Part shown: positions 1-8,480 of the stretch, piece by piece | Layout of the letters: each line of letters opens with the position of its first letter | Numbering within the stretch: the first letter of the stretch is position 1 | From: an uncultured Nitrososphaerota archaeon | Lineage (GTDB): Archaea > Asgardarchaeota > Njordarchaeia > Njordarchaeales > Njordarchaeaceae | DNA: 23,254 nt | Direction: 5' to 3' | NCBI GenBank assembly: GCA_964518475.1 | Contig: CAZFGR010000006.1 | Coordinates: forward strand, 1 to 23,254 | Program-made: the position numbers and the translations under genes | The notes under the pieces: model-generated | Database searches by the model: none | What the model was told of the DNA's origin: nothing | Seen by the model: the letters and a program-made list of their open reading frames with translations, nothing else

Positions 1-509
1 CCCTTAGCTAGATTGACTAAGAATGTTACAGTAGCCGCTGTTAGGTGTGATGAGTTATAATAGGTCACGTTCCAGATTTGAGACGGTATTTCTTGAAATG
101 AGCTCGCATCAATTACCCTAATAGAGTACTTGTATGCGGGTGGGTCAAAGGTCACGTAGATATCAACAGGCCAATCCACCCTATCCACTACTTCGGGCTC
201 GGTTACTGTTACGTTTATTCTGTATTCCCAATCGGTGTCCCACCAAGTCCCTGGAGGATTTGTCCAAGTAATTCCGCTTGCCTTAACTGTTTCAACACCA
301 GATATAGTTGCTTCTGGTTTGTTCTCGAGTATCTCCGTGTCTATTGGTTTAAGCACTATTCTTCCTTGACTATCAGGAGTGTTTAGTTGCACCATTATAT
401 TTTTCTCCCGTTTCTCTGCTCTTGCCAGAAAAATATCTATGCCGGAGGATAAGATAGGTGGCAGGATCATTAACGCAACCAGTATTATGGCTAGAACCTG
501 TCTTTTCAA
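1..509 (-). CDS. Secreted/cell-surface protein, N-terminal part only (DUF2341-like WWxxxWxYR module); runs off the left edge
   Basis: Not in the ORF track. Manual translation from TTG at 509, preceded by a GGTG SD: MKRQVLAIILVALMILPPILSS...TWWDTDWEYRINVTVTEP...SIRVIDASSFQEIPSQIWNVTYYNSS..., open to the window edge. Basic N-terminus plus hydrophobic stretch indicates a signal peptide. N-x-T/S sequons: NVT twice, NSS. Confidence 0.8.
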   Translation of the reverse strand, partial: MKRQVLAIILVALMILPPILSSGIDIFLARAEKREKNIMVQLNTPDSQGRIVLKPIDTEILENKPEATISGVETVKASGITWTNPPGTWWDTDWEYRINVTVTEPEVVDRVDWPVDIYVTFDPPAYKYSIRVIDASSFQEIPSQIWNVTYYNSSHLTAATVTFLVNLAK

Positions 510-837
510 GATAAAACACCACATATATGCGTCTTGATCATTAGCATACATATGCATAATAAAAGGTTTTTTCTTCGTTATTGAGATATACAATCATTAA
601 CAAATATTATCATTTATTATCATATTATCATAAAAAGTAACGGTCTCCTACCATACGTAAGTCCACAATTTGCTCTTATAGAAGATAATCAAAGGGGGTT
701 CAGTTTTCTTAAACTTAGAGAATACTTTTAGTATGAATTGCTCAGTAAGATTAATTTTGTTAACTCGAGTTATAAGAGCGTTTCAAGAAATCCTTTAATT
801 ACTCCCTGGTAAAGTAGTAATGAGGAGGTTTTTTGTC

Positions 838-2805
838 TTGGATCCTTTGAAAGTATATTTGGATAATATAAGAGGTATATTAGAGAGAATTCTCGCTGAG
901 GAAGTAAATAACATCAAACAGGCAGCCTCTATAATTGCTGATGCCATAATTAGTGATCGTTTAATACATGTTTTCGGCACTGGTCATTCAATGATTCTTG
1001 CTGAAGAAATGTTTCTGCGGGCGGGTGGCTTAGTTCCTATCAATGCGTTACTTGATAAAAACTTTTCAATAATGTCGGGTGTGGCTTCAACAATTAATGA
1101 AAGAACACCGGGTCTTGCTAAGAAGCTATTAGCTGAGTATAATCTCCAAGAGGGTGATATTCTTATAATCGCTTCTGTATCCGGTATCAATGCTGTACCA
1201 GTAGAGTTAGCTGTTGAAGCTAGAAAAAGAGGGCTTAAAGTGATTTCTATAACATCTGTTGAGGCATCTAAAAATCTTCAGCCTAGGAATCCACTTAATA
1301 AACGTCTTTTCGAAGTATCCGACGTAACAATTGACAATAAGGTGCCGCTTGGGGATGCTCTCGTAGCTCTACCCGGTTTGAAACAAAAGGTTGCACCAGC
1401 ATCCACCATCGCGGGTGCTTTTATAATCAATTGTATAGTGATAGAGACTGCCCGTTTGCTTCTAGAGAAAGGAGTTGAACCGCCCATCTGGGTAAGCGGC
1501 AACGTTCCTGAGAGTGATGAAATAAACAAGAGGTACATTGATAAGTTGGTAGGGAGAGTAGCTCATCTAGGGATAGAGGCTCTACTACGTGGTATCGGGG
1601 AAAAGAAGGTCGAAGTTCCCGAGAAAGTTGAGGGTGGAGAAGTTTCAAAGCTCATCATTTATGGCGATATCGTTACTCCGTACACCAATATTAGGAATGG
1701 TTTGATTGTTGTAGAGAATGGAAAAATAACTTACGTTGGAGAAGAGGAAAAAAGTCTAGAGAAAAAAGATTATACTGTACTTGATTTCACGGATCACTAT
1801 ATAGTTCCCGGCTTCATAGATATTCACGTCCATGGATGCGAGGGTGCTAATGCGTTTGACGGCTCTCCACAATCCCTTAAGGCTATGGCTTATAATCTGG
1901 CAAAACACGGTGTAACAGCTTTCTTACCGACCGCTGGAACTCTCCCTAAAGATATGTTGATAAAAATAGCTTCAACAGTTAGCGAAGTTATGGCAAGTGA
2001 TTATGTGGGGGCTGAAATTTCTGGACTAAACATTGAGGGGCCTTTTCTTAATCCAGAGAAAAAAGGTGCTATGATTGTTGGATTCATGAGAAAACCTAAC
2101 ATTGAAGAAGCGAGAGAGATTTTAGAAGCGAGTAAAGGATCTCTCAAAATAATGACTATTGCTCCCGAGTTGGAAGGTGCGTTAGAGATTATTAGATGGT
2201 TAGCGTTGCATAATGTAGTCCCATCAATCGGTCACTCGAATGCCTCTTATGAGGAGGCTGTGAATGCTATTAATAACGGGGCTAGACTAGTCACTCATTT
2301 ATTCAATGCCATGAGAAGTTTTCATCATCGAGACCCAGGAGTAATAGGTGCTGCACTTGCCAGAGAAGATGTACTAGTCGAGATTATTGCGGATGGTATA
2401 CATGTTGATCCCTCCGCGGTAAAATTCGTAATCAACGCTAAGGGAGCGGATAGAGTAATAATAGTCTCTGATGCCACTCCCCTCGCTGGACTTCCTGATG
2501 GGGAATATACCTTCCCCGGATTCCCAAAAATAACTGTTAAGAACGGGAAAGCCACGCTTCCAGACGGCACTATCGCTGGTAGCACTTTAACACTTGACGA
2601 AGCTTTAAAGAATCTTATTAAGTGGGGTATCCCACTAACTCACGCTCTGAAAATGCTGTCCACGAATGCTGCTAAGTTACTAGGTCTTAAAAAAGGAGTT
2701 ATTAAAGCGGGTTACGATGCCGATCTAGTAATCCTAGACAAGAACCTCAACGTAGTATCAACAATTGTTAATGGAGAAGTCGTATACGAGAAAAAATTTA
2801 GCTAA
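838..2805 (+). CDS. nagA: Fusion: SIS-domain phosphosugar-binding protein (UPF0309/COG4821-like) + N-acetylglucosamine-6-phosphate deacetylase
   Basis: N-terminal SIS motifs HVFGTGHS..AEE..RAGGL, SVSGINAVPVE, DVTIDN, PIWVSGN. From about nt 1651, NagA motifs PGFIDIHVHG, EGPFL, GHSNA, THLFNAM, IADGIH, VSDA, AGS, GYDADLV. The longest ORF starts at 820, but GAGGAGGT (822-829) favours TTG at 838. Confidence 0.9.
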   Translation: MDPLKVYLDNIRGILERILAEEVNNIKQAASIIADAIISDRLIHVFGTGHSMILAEEMFLRAGGLVPINALLDKNFSIMSGVASTINERTPGLAKKLLAEYNLQEGDILIIASVSGINAVPVELAVEARKRGLKVISITSVEASKNLQPRNPLNKRLFEVSDVTIDNKVPLGDALVALPGLKQKVAPASTIAGAFIINCIVIETARLLLEKGVEPPIWVSGNVPESDEINKRYIDKLVGRVAHLGIEALLRGIGEKKVEVPEKVEGGEVSKLIIYGDIVTPYTNIRNGLIVVENGKITYVGEEEKSLEKKDYTVLDFTDHYIVPGFIDIHVHGCEGANAFDGSPQSLKAMAYNLAKHGVTAFLPTAGTLPKDMLIKIASTVSEVMASDYVGAEISGLNIEGPFLNPEKKGAMIVGFMRKPNIEEAREILEASKGSLKIMTIAPELEGALEIIRWLALHNVVPSIGHSNASYEEAVNAINNGARLVTHLFNAMRSFHHRDPGVIGAALAREDVLVEIIADGIHVDPSAVKFVINAKGADRVIIVSDATPLAGLPDGEYTFPGFPKITVKNGKATLPDGTIAGSTLTLDEALKNLIKWGIPLTHALKMLSTNAAKLLGLKKGVIKAGYDADLVILDKNLNVVSTIVNGEVVYEKKFS

Positions 2806-3280
2806 TCTTTTTCAATAATTCTTCAACTCTAATTTCTTTTGGCTTCATAGAGGCCATTTGTTGGTAAACAATTTTTATCCCAAGATCGCTCAAAGTCTTT
2901 AATGCTTCTATGTCTTCTCGCAAAACGCTGATTGTTTTCTCGATTCTTATTCTTCCCTCTTTATAACCCATTTGCCCGAGAATTATTCTATCAACTTTTA
3001 GTCCCGCTTTTATAAGCTCGAGCGCGTCTCTTGGAGAGGCTACAAGTATTAACGTTTTTTCAGTCGGTTGTTTCTGGCCTAGCTCTTTAATCGCTTCTTC
3101 CAATCTTAGAATCTTGACATTAATTCCGGGGGGAGCAGAGCTTTTCTGGATCATACTAAGAAACTCGTCATTTGCTATTTCATCACTTACCACCCAGATT
3201 TCCCTTATTTTGAATGCTCTAACCCAGCTAACAGTCACTTGACCGTGAATATATCTATCATCTACTCTCAGGATAACCAT
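2798..3280 (-). CDS. PTS mannose/sorbose/fructose family IIB component
   Basis: LRVDDRYIHGQV matches the RxDxRxxHGQV phospho-His motif. 160 aa, GGTGA SD upstream of the ATG. Confidence 0.95.
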   Translation of the reverse strand: MVILRVDDRYIHGQVTVSWVRAFKIREIWVVSDEIANDEFLSMIQKSSAPPGINVKILRLEEAIKELGQKQPTEKTLILVASPRDALELIKAGLKVDRIILGQMGYKEGRIRIEKTISVLREDIEALKTLSDLGIKIVYQQMASMKPKEIRVEELLKKIS

Positions 3281-3308
3281 TAATAATCACCAAAAAATAG
3301 GAAAAAGT

Positions 3309-4913
3309 TTAGGAGGAGGGGATTTCTACATAACCTACGGCACCTAGTATGCCTAGGGCTCCAAGTATGAATCCTATTGCGAATAGTACTACTAATACAT
3401 AATAGATCTTGAAACCCTTGCTATACAGATACTCTGCTAGGAGTGTTAAGCCCAGACCTATTAACGCGCTCACGAAGAGCGTTAACGAGAATATTCCTAG
3501 GGACGCATCAATAGTTGCCAGTACTTCAGCTCCCACAACTGGTCTTACTTGGAATACTATAGGAATTATTGCTCCGACGCTGAATATAGCTAATGTCTCA
3601 GCGAACTCTCTTATACTGCGCATTCTTTCTTCGGAGAAAACTTTTACAAGAGACAATCCTCTATTGTAGCCGAAGTCAAAGCTCTTAAACCTTATCGTGA
3701 AAGTGACTATGTCGAATGCTATGATGAAGATTAATGGCGCCCAGACGAGACCCCCGTTAATTAGCGTAATCGCTAGGATTAATAGAACCCCACCCGTAGC
3801 TAACCATATGACGCTATCTCCGAAACCAGCTAGTGGACCCATTAGACCTATCTTCAGTTTTCGTATGAAGTCTAGATCCCCCCTTCTTGTATTCTCTATA
3901 GCACCGTCAAGCCCTACTACCATAGGAGCTAGCACGGGGTTTGTGTTGAAGAACTCTAGGTGCGCTTTAGCTGCGTTTTTTAATTCATCTCCCTTGTATA
4001 TATGTTTCAGAATTGGTAGAATGCTGAAGAGGTATCCCAGACCTTGCATTAGTTCATAATTCCAGGAGGATTCAAAGAAGAGAACTGATCGTAGTTTAGA
4101 GCTTCTAAGAATTTCTTTAGGAAGACCTACTCCTTCGCTACCTTCACCACCTTCTATCTTTAATGCTCCTCTATATTTGTACCAAATGATGATAAAACCA
4201 GCAATTATAACAATGGCGAATGTAAAGGAGATGTTGATGAGGCTGACTAGGAGAAAAGCTATAATAAAGTACCACTTGTATCTACCAAGACCTAGATAGG
4301 TTAAAATGAGACCCAGACCCATGGCTGGTAGTACGGCACCAGCAACCGCTAATCCGTCAAGTACCCACTTAGGCAGAGACTCAAGAAAAGTCTTTAGAGC
4401 CTCCCCACCTAACGCGGTAACAATAAACACTGCTATAGCTACGGCTACCCCTCTGAAAAGCCCCAGTATAGGCATCCCCATTAAATGCCACTTATCGATC
4501 TCATCTATCTCGCCTTCTTCGATTAACTTATCTACCCTATGAACCAAGCTGATATTAACTGTTCTACCAATTATGTCAAAGTACATTCCCAAAATTCCGG
4601 CTGGCAATGCTAACACAATTGCTACCATAGGGTCTAAGCCAGCTATAGAGGAGAGAACCACAGCCGTTATCGCGACCATACCAAAGTCTGGGGGTACTGC
4701 TCCGCCCATTGGAACAGCTCCAAGCGCTATGAGCTGAGTAATTGCACCAATAGTCGCTCCTAATGCTACGTTTCCTAAGAGAATGCCAGCGAAGAAACCC
4801 GATAGTAGTGGTAGGATGCCAATCACTATCTTTGGTCCATACGCATCCATTGTAGCTAGAAACTCATAAATAAAGAAGATTATTGCGAGTACTAACGCCG
4901 TCTGGAGAGACAT
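3309..4913 (-). CDS. PTS mannose-family permease, fused IIC-IID (paralogue 1)
   Basis: IIC motifs GGAVPPD and GAVLPAMG. IID motifs SWNYELMQ, HLEFFNTNP, LMGPLAGFGD. Multiple TM segments. GGAGGT SD favours ATG at 4913 (ORF track starts at 4928). Confidence 0.93.
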   Translation of the reverse strand: MSLQTALVLAIIFFIYEFLATMDAYGPKIVIGILPLLSGFFAGILLGNVALGATIGAITQLIALGAVPMGGAVPPDFGMVAITAVVLSSIAGLDPMVAIVLALPAGILGMYFDIIGRTVNISLVHRVDKLIEEGEIDEIDKWHLMGMPILGLFRGVAVAIAVFIVTALGGEALKTFLESLPKWVLDGLAVAGAVLPAMGLGLILTYLGLGRYKWYFIIAFLLVSLINISFTFAIVIIAGFIIIWYKYRGALKIEGGEGSEGVGLPKEILRSSKLRSVLFFESSWNYELMQGLGYLFSILPILKHIYKGDELKNAAKAHLEFFNTNPVLAPMVVGLDGAIENTRRGDLDFIRKLKIGLMGPLAGFGDSVIWLATGGVLLILAITLINGGLVWAPLIFIIAFDIVTFTIRFKSFDFGYNRGLSLVKVFSEERMRSIREFAETLAIFSVGAIIPIVFQVRPVVGAEVLATIDASLGIFSLTLFVSALIGLGLTLLAEYLYSKGFKIYYVLVVLFAIGFILGALGILGAVGYVEIPSS

Positions 4914-5005
4914 TAGAATAACCTCCAAAAACTTTCAACATATCCCAATTCTTTTAATATTTTTTAAACTTGCTGACGTATATAGTACAGGGGAAAAACT
5001 AAAGG

Positions 5006-5455
5006 GTGACACCCTTGGAAAAAACGGAGAATGCTAGAAAATTCGCTAACAAGAGAAAAATCCCAATACTAATTGTTGGTCATGGAGATTTTGGCCACGC
5101 TCTTTTAAGCGCCGCCGAGATGATGACTGGGCCTAATGAAAACCTAGAGGTAATTAGTCTAGAGCTCGGGGAATCTATAGATTCTCTCTATTCTAAAATA
5201 AAAAATGCTTTGGATAGGTATGGAGGGGGAGCATTAATACTCATTGATGTCTTCGGGGGATCCCCCGCTTATGCTGTTGCGAAGCTTCTTAGGGAATATA
5301 GGGAGGTTGAAGCGATAGCGGGCGCTAACCTCCCAATGCTATTAGAGGCCCTGATTTCACGAGAAGAAGCTGGATCTCCTCATGAACTCGCAGATTTAAT
5401 AAGTAATATTGGGAGGGAAAGTATAATAAATATTCGTAAGAGACTTAGGCTTTAG
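5006..5455 (+). CDS. PTS mannose/sorbose/fructose family IIA component
   Basis: ILIVGHG (phospho-His), DVFGGSP, GANLPMLLE. Alternative start TTG at 5015 after GGTGA. Confidence 0.93.
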   Translation: MTPLEKTENARKFANKRKIPILIVGHGDFGHALLSAAEMMTGPNENLEVISLELGESIDSLYSKIKNALDRYGGGALILIDVFGGSPAYAVAKLLREYREVEAIAGANLPMLLEALISREEAGSPHELADLISNIGRESIINIRKRLRL

Positions 5456-6083
5456 ATGGTAAGTATTTCCTAACAAAACGCCATACGAAAGATTCCACAT
5501 CGCCCAAAACTAGTTCCTCAACAAAGATTCTTTCGAGCTCATCATCTGAAAAACATCTTCTAACTTTTTCCAACGAATCCAATCTCTTCAAAATCTTTCG
5601 CGCCGAAACTCTCGGCACTATAGTTTTTAGACTCGGTAAAAACTCTACTAAGAAGTCCTCATCACTTATAGACTCAAGAATCTTTGCTACCTCCTTTTCA
5701 ATAACCTCTTTGACCACGATTTTTAATTGCTCCCTAGAAACCTTCTCAAGCAATAGATACAGCTCAGCTATACATTCAATCTCATCTATCGAACCTCTCT
5801 CCAAAACCCCAGTCTTTACAAGTTCCCTTAAGGCATTAAGCAATGCATCAAAGCCCGCTCTGGAAATTTTTATTACAATAAAAGATGGCTCCCCAGGAAC
5901 TAGAATAATATATTCCCCCTCTCTACTCTCTTTATATACTAGTTTAAGAGCACCAGTTTCCTTATCAGGGACTATCTCAACTGAGTCTTGTACCCGTTTT
6001 CTCTCCAAAAATGTTTGACGCCCCAGACCTTTAAACGTGCTATTTAGTTTAAATACCCGCTTTATCATTTCTATCAATCTCAT
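5445..6083 (-). CDS. Hypothetical protein
   Basis: 212-aa ORF with host-like E/K/L-rich composition, filling the gap downstream of the metallophosphoesterase. No motif recognised; start uncertain. Confidence 0.65.
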   Translation of the reverse strand: MRLIEMIKRVFKLNSTFKGLGRQTFLERKRVQDSVEIVPDKETGALKLVYKESREGEYIILVPGEPSFIVIKISRAGFDALLNALRELVKTGVLERGSIDEIECIAELYLLLEKVSREQLKIVVKEVIEKEVAKILESISDEDFLVEFLPSLKTIVPRVSARKILKRLDSLEKVRRCFSDDELERIFVEELVLGDVESFVWRFVRKYLPSKA

Positions 6084-6837
6084 CAGCTAATTCTTCGAGG
6101 ATCCTATAATAGCTTCTCTTAACGTTTCTAACATAATTGTATCCATAGATTATTCTCCATTCATTTTCAACGTCTATGCCGGGAGGAACCGTTATTATTT
6201 CGCATTCAAGCCTTTTAGTATCTATTATTCCAGCAGAACCAAGGAATCCCATACCAGGATTAAAACATATTGTATCTCCTTTTCTCTCGATCCAAGGAAC
6301 ATGCATATGACCGCATACATGGATTCTAGGGGATGAGACAATGTGTAGAAGATATAAGATTTCTTTTCCACCTCGTTTCCCACTGGTATACGGGATAATA
6401 TCAGCACAACGCTTAGCACACTCATGAGTTACCAGAATATCCACTCTCTCTTCTTTCCTGCATATTTTGTTAGCAAGCCTCAGAACCTCAGCTACGGAGA
6501 ATCTATGCATATCTGAGGTTTTAGGAGAATAGACACCTCCTAGCCCGGCTATAACTATTTTTTCACCATCTATATTGAGGGTTACTACATCGTTTACTAA
6601 GAGGTATATATTCTCTAGAGAAGCTGCGATCTTCCTAAAACATGGTACGCAATCATGGTTTCCAGGGACAATGATTATTGGATTCCTGATGCTCTTAAGT
6701 AATTTAACGAAACGAGAGCACCTAAACTCGCATATATCTCCCGAGAGAATTAATAGGTCAAAATCCGTAGCTTTTAGCAATTTCTGAAACGCTAGTGAAT
6801 TATCATGAATATCTGAGATTACTAGAGCTCGTGCCAT
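6049..6837 (-). CDS. Calcineurin-like metallophosphoesterase
   Basis: All five motifs present: SDIH, SGDI, PGNHD, VTH, GHMH. GGAGGT SD. Confidence 0.9.
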   Translation of the reverse strand: MARALVISDIHDNSLAFQKLLKATDFDLLILSGDICEFRCSRFVKLLKSIRNPIIIVPGNHDCVPCFRKIAASLENIYLLVNDVVTLNIDGEKIVIAGLGGVYSPKTSDMHRFSVAEVLRLANKICRKEERVDILVTHECAKRCADIIPYTSGKRGGKEILYLLHIVSSPRIHVCGHMHVPWIERKGDTICFNPGMGFLGSAGIIDTKRLECEIITVPPGIDVENEWRIIYGYNYVRNVKRSYYRILEELADEIDRNDKAGI

Positions 6838-6921
6838 TTTGACCTCCGTTCCGCAATAATTTTATCTCCTCTTTCGTTGGTTAATACAAAAATCCATATT
6901 CTATATAATGGTGGTTAAAAT

Positions 6922-7743
6922 ATGCTATTAGATAGCATTTTTAAAGCAATCACACTCTTAGGAGACGAAATTTTCCTCCTCATTGTTTTACCTATAGTGT
7001 TTTTCGCAAGAAGGAGAAATGGTTTAAAACTAGCAATCAGTGTGTTAATAAGCGTCTATATCGCACATTTGCTGAAACCAATATTCCGCATCCCGAGACC
7101 TTCAAGGGAACGCTGGAAAGTTACAGCCTCAGGTTACAGCTTCCCTAGCGGACATGCCACAAATTCCATGGCCTTTTGGGGATACGCTGCATACCTGACC
7201 CGAAAAAGATCTGTTTTATCGACCTTGCTTATCATTGTAGCACTCATGGTCGGTTATTCAAGAGTCTATCTAGGGGTTCATTGGTGGACTGATGTAATTG
7301 CTGGATGGATTCTCGGAGCGGTTGTTTTCATCATTATTGAAATCGTCGACGAGAGATGTAGTAGTATCATACAAAACATAAGTTATGAAGAAAAGCTCTT
7401 TCTCAGTATGGTAATTCCTATGGGACTTATTCTAGCGAGTATGGCATTGATAGGGGTCAACGTATCGGAGTTTCAGACGATTCTCAAGGTTTTAAGTACT
7501 TTGTCTGGAATGCTAGCTGGATATGTTATAGCGGATAAGCGAAAACTATTATTAGCTGATACTAACAATATCAAAACGATCCTGATAAGGAGCTTGATTG
7601 GATTATTACTAGTTATCGCTCTTTACATAATATACGAAATGCTTAAGGCATTAACAATATTCATTATAATTCCCACATTCTGGTTAATCGGGGTCTCAGT
7701 AACACTCTTCACTCCCTACATTATGTCGCAATTGACTAAATAA
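6922..7743 (+). CDS. PAP2-family membrane phosphatase
   Basis: KxxxxxPRP (KPIFRIPRP), SFPSGH, SRVYLGVHWWTDV. Multiple TM helices. GGTGG SD. Confidence 0.92.
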   Translation: MLLDSIFKAITLLGDEIFLLIVLPIVFFARRRNGLKLAISVLISVYIAHLLKPIFRIPRPSRERWKVTASGYSFPSGHATNSMAFWGYAAYLTRKRSVLSTLLIIVALMVGYSRVYLGVHWWTDVIAGWILGAVVFIIIEIVDERCSSIIQNISYEEKLFLSMVIPMGLILASMALIGVNVSEFQTILKVLSTLSGMLAGYVIADKRKLLLADTNNIKTILIRSLIGLLLVIALYIIYEMLKALTIFIIIPTFWLIGVSVTLFTPYIMSQLTK

Positions 7744-7773
7744 TTTCTTCGGCAATTCCACTATTATTTTTTC

Positions 7774-8439
7774 TTAGAGTAGATCTGTGAAAACTTCACG
7801 AATAGTTCTTGCTAATAGCGTTTTAGGGAGAATAACAGGCTTTCCAGATCTATTCCTTAGGACTTTTTTATGAGTTAATTTGTAACCTATACAGTCGAGA
7901 ATAATAAGATCAACGTCCTTGAACTTATTTGCAATTGATAAAAGATTCTCTTTTTTTCCAGAATATGGTGAGAATGCTTCTGCAACAACCTCACCTATGC
8001 CTGACCATTTTTCGACAGCCATATCTATTTGCTCCCTCAGAGGAACTAACACACCAATCTTTTCAATACCTTCAAATGACGTAACTAAGCCTCTCATTAG
8101 ATAATATGGTCTCAAGAAAAATTTAGTAGAAGCGAGCTCGGGAAACTCATCTGTGCAAAGGAGAACTAATACATCGTTCTCTTTTTCACATTCTCTGATA
8201 AGATCTTTTAGCCGAGCAATCACCTTCTCCCTATCTAATCTTACCTCTTTTCCATTCCTAAGCTTTGATACTAAGACGTCACTTCCCATAGGTAATAGCT
8301 TCTTCATTATCTCCTCTTCCGTCATGTTATCTAGCACACCTCTTTGTCTAATGTCGATTCCCGCTAATAGTGGATAAATCTCAAGCAGTACGTCATCGCG
8401 TGGGGATTGACCAATTGTTATAAAGCATACTTTCACCAT
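7774..8439 (-). CDS. AroM-family protein
   Basis: TIGQSPRDD, VSKLRNG, LLCT, SPY and LDCIGY motifs. About 220 aa, GGAGG SD. Confidence 0.88.
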   Translation of the reverse strand: MVKVCFITIGQSPRDDVLLEIYPLLAGIDIRQRGVLDNMTEEEIMKKLLPMGSDVLVSKLRNGKEVRLDREKVIARLKDLIRECEKENDVLVLLCTDEFPELASTKFFLRPYYLMRGLVTSFEGIEKIGVLVPLREQIDMAVEKWSGIGEVVAEAFSPYSGKKENLLSIANKFKDVDLIILDCIGYKLTHKKVLRNRSGKPVILPKTLLARTIREVFTDLL

Positions 8440-8453
8440 TTTTCTTCCTCCAC

Positions 8454-8480
8454 AAGAAGAAAGAAGAAAAAGAAGAAGAA
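8454..8480 (-). terminator. Pyrimidine/oligo-T tract after the aminopeptidase stop (possible archaeal terminator)
   Basis: Minus strand reads TTCTTCTTCTTTTTCTTCTTTCTTCTT immediately after the stop codon and just before the AroM SD. Confidence 0.45.

Noticed and set aside
838-1600. SIS domain as MurQ etherase, GmhA or GlmS
   Set aside because: The GTGHS/RAGGL pattern fits UPF0309. No MurQ GxGTSGR motif, no GmhA GNGGS motif and no glutaminase domain.
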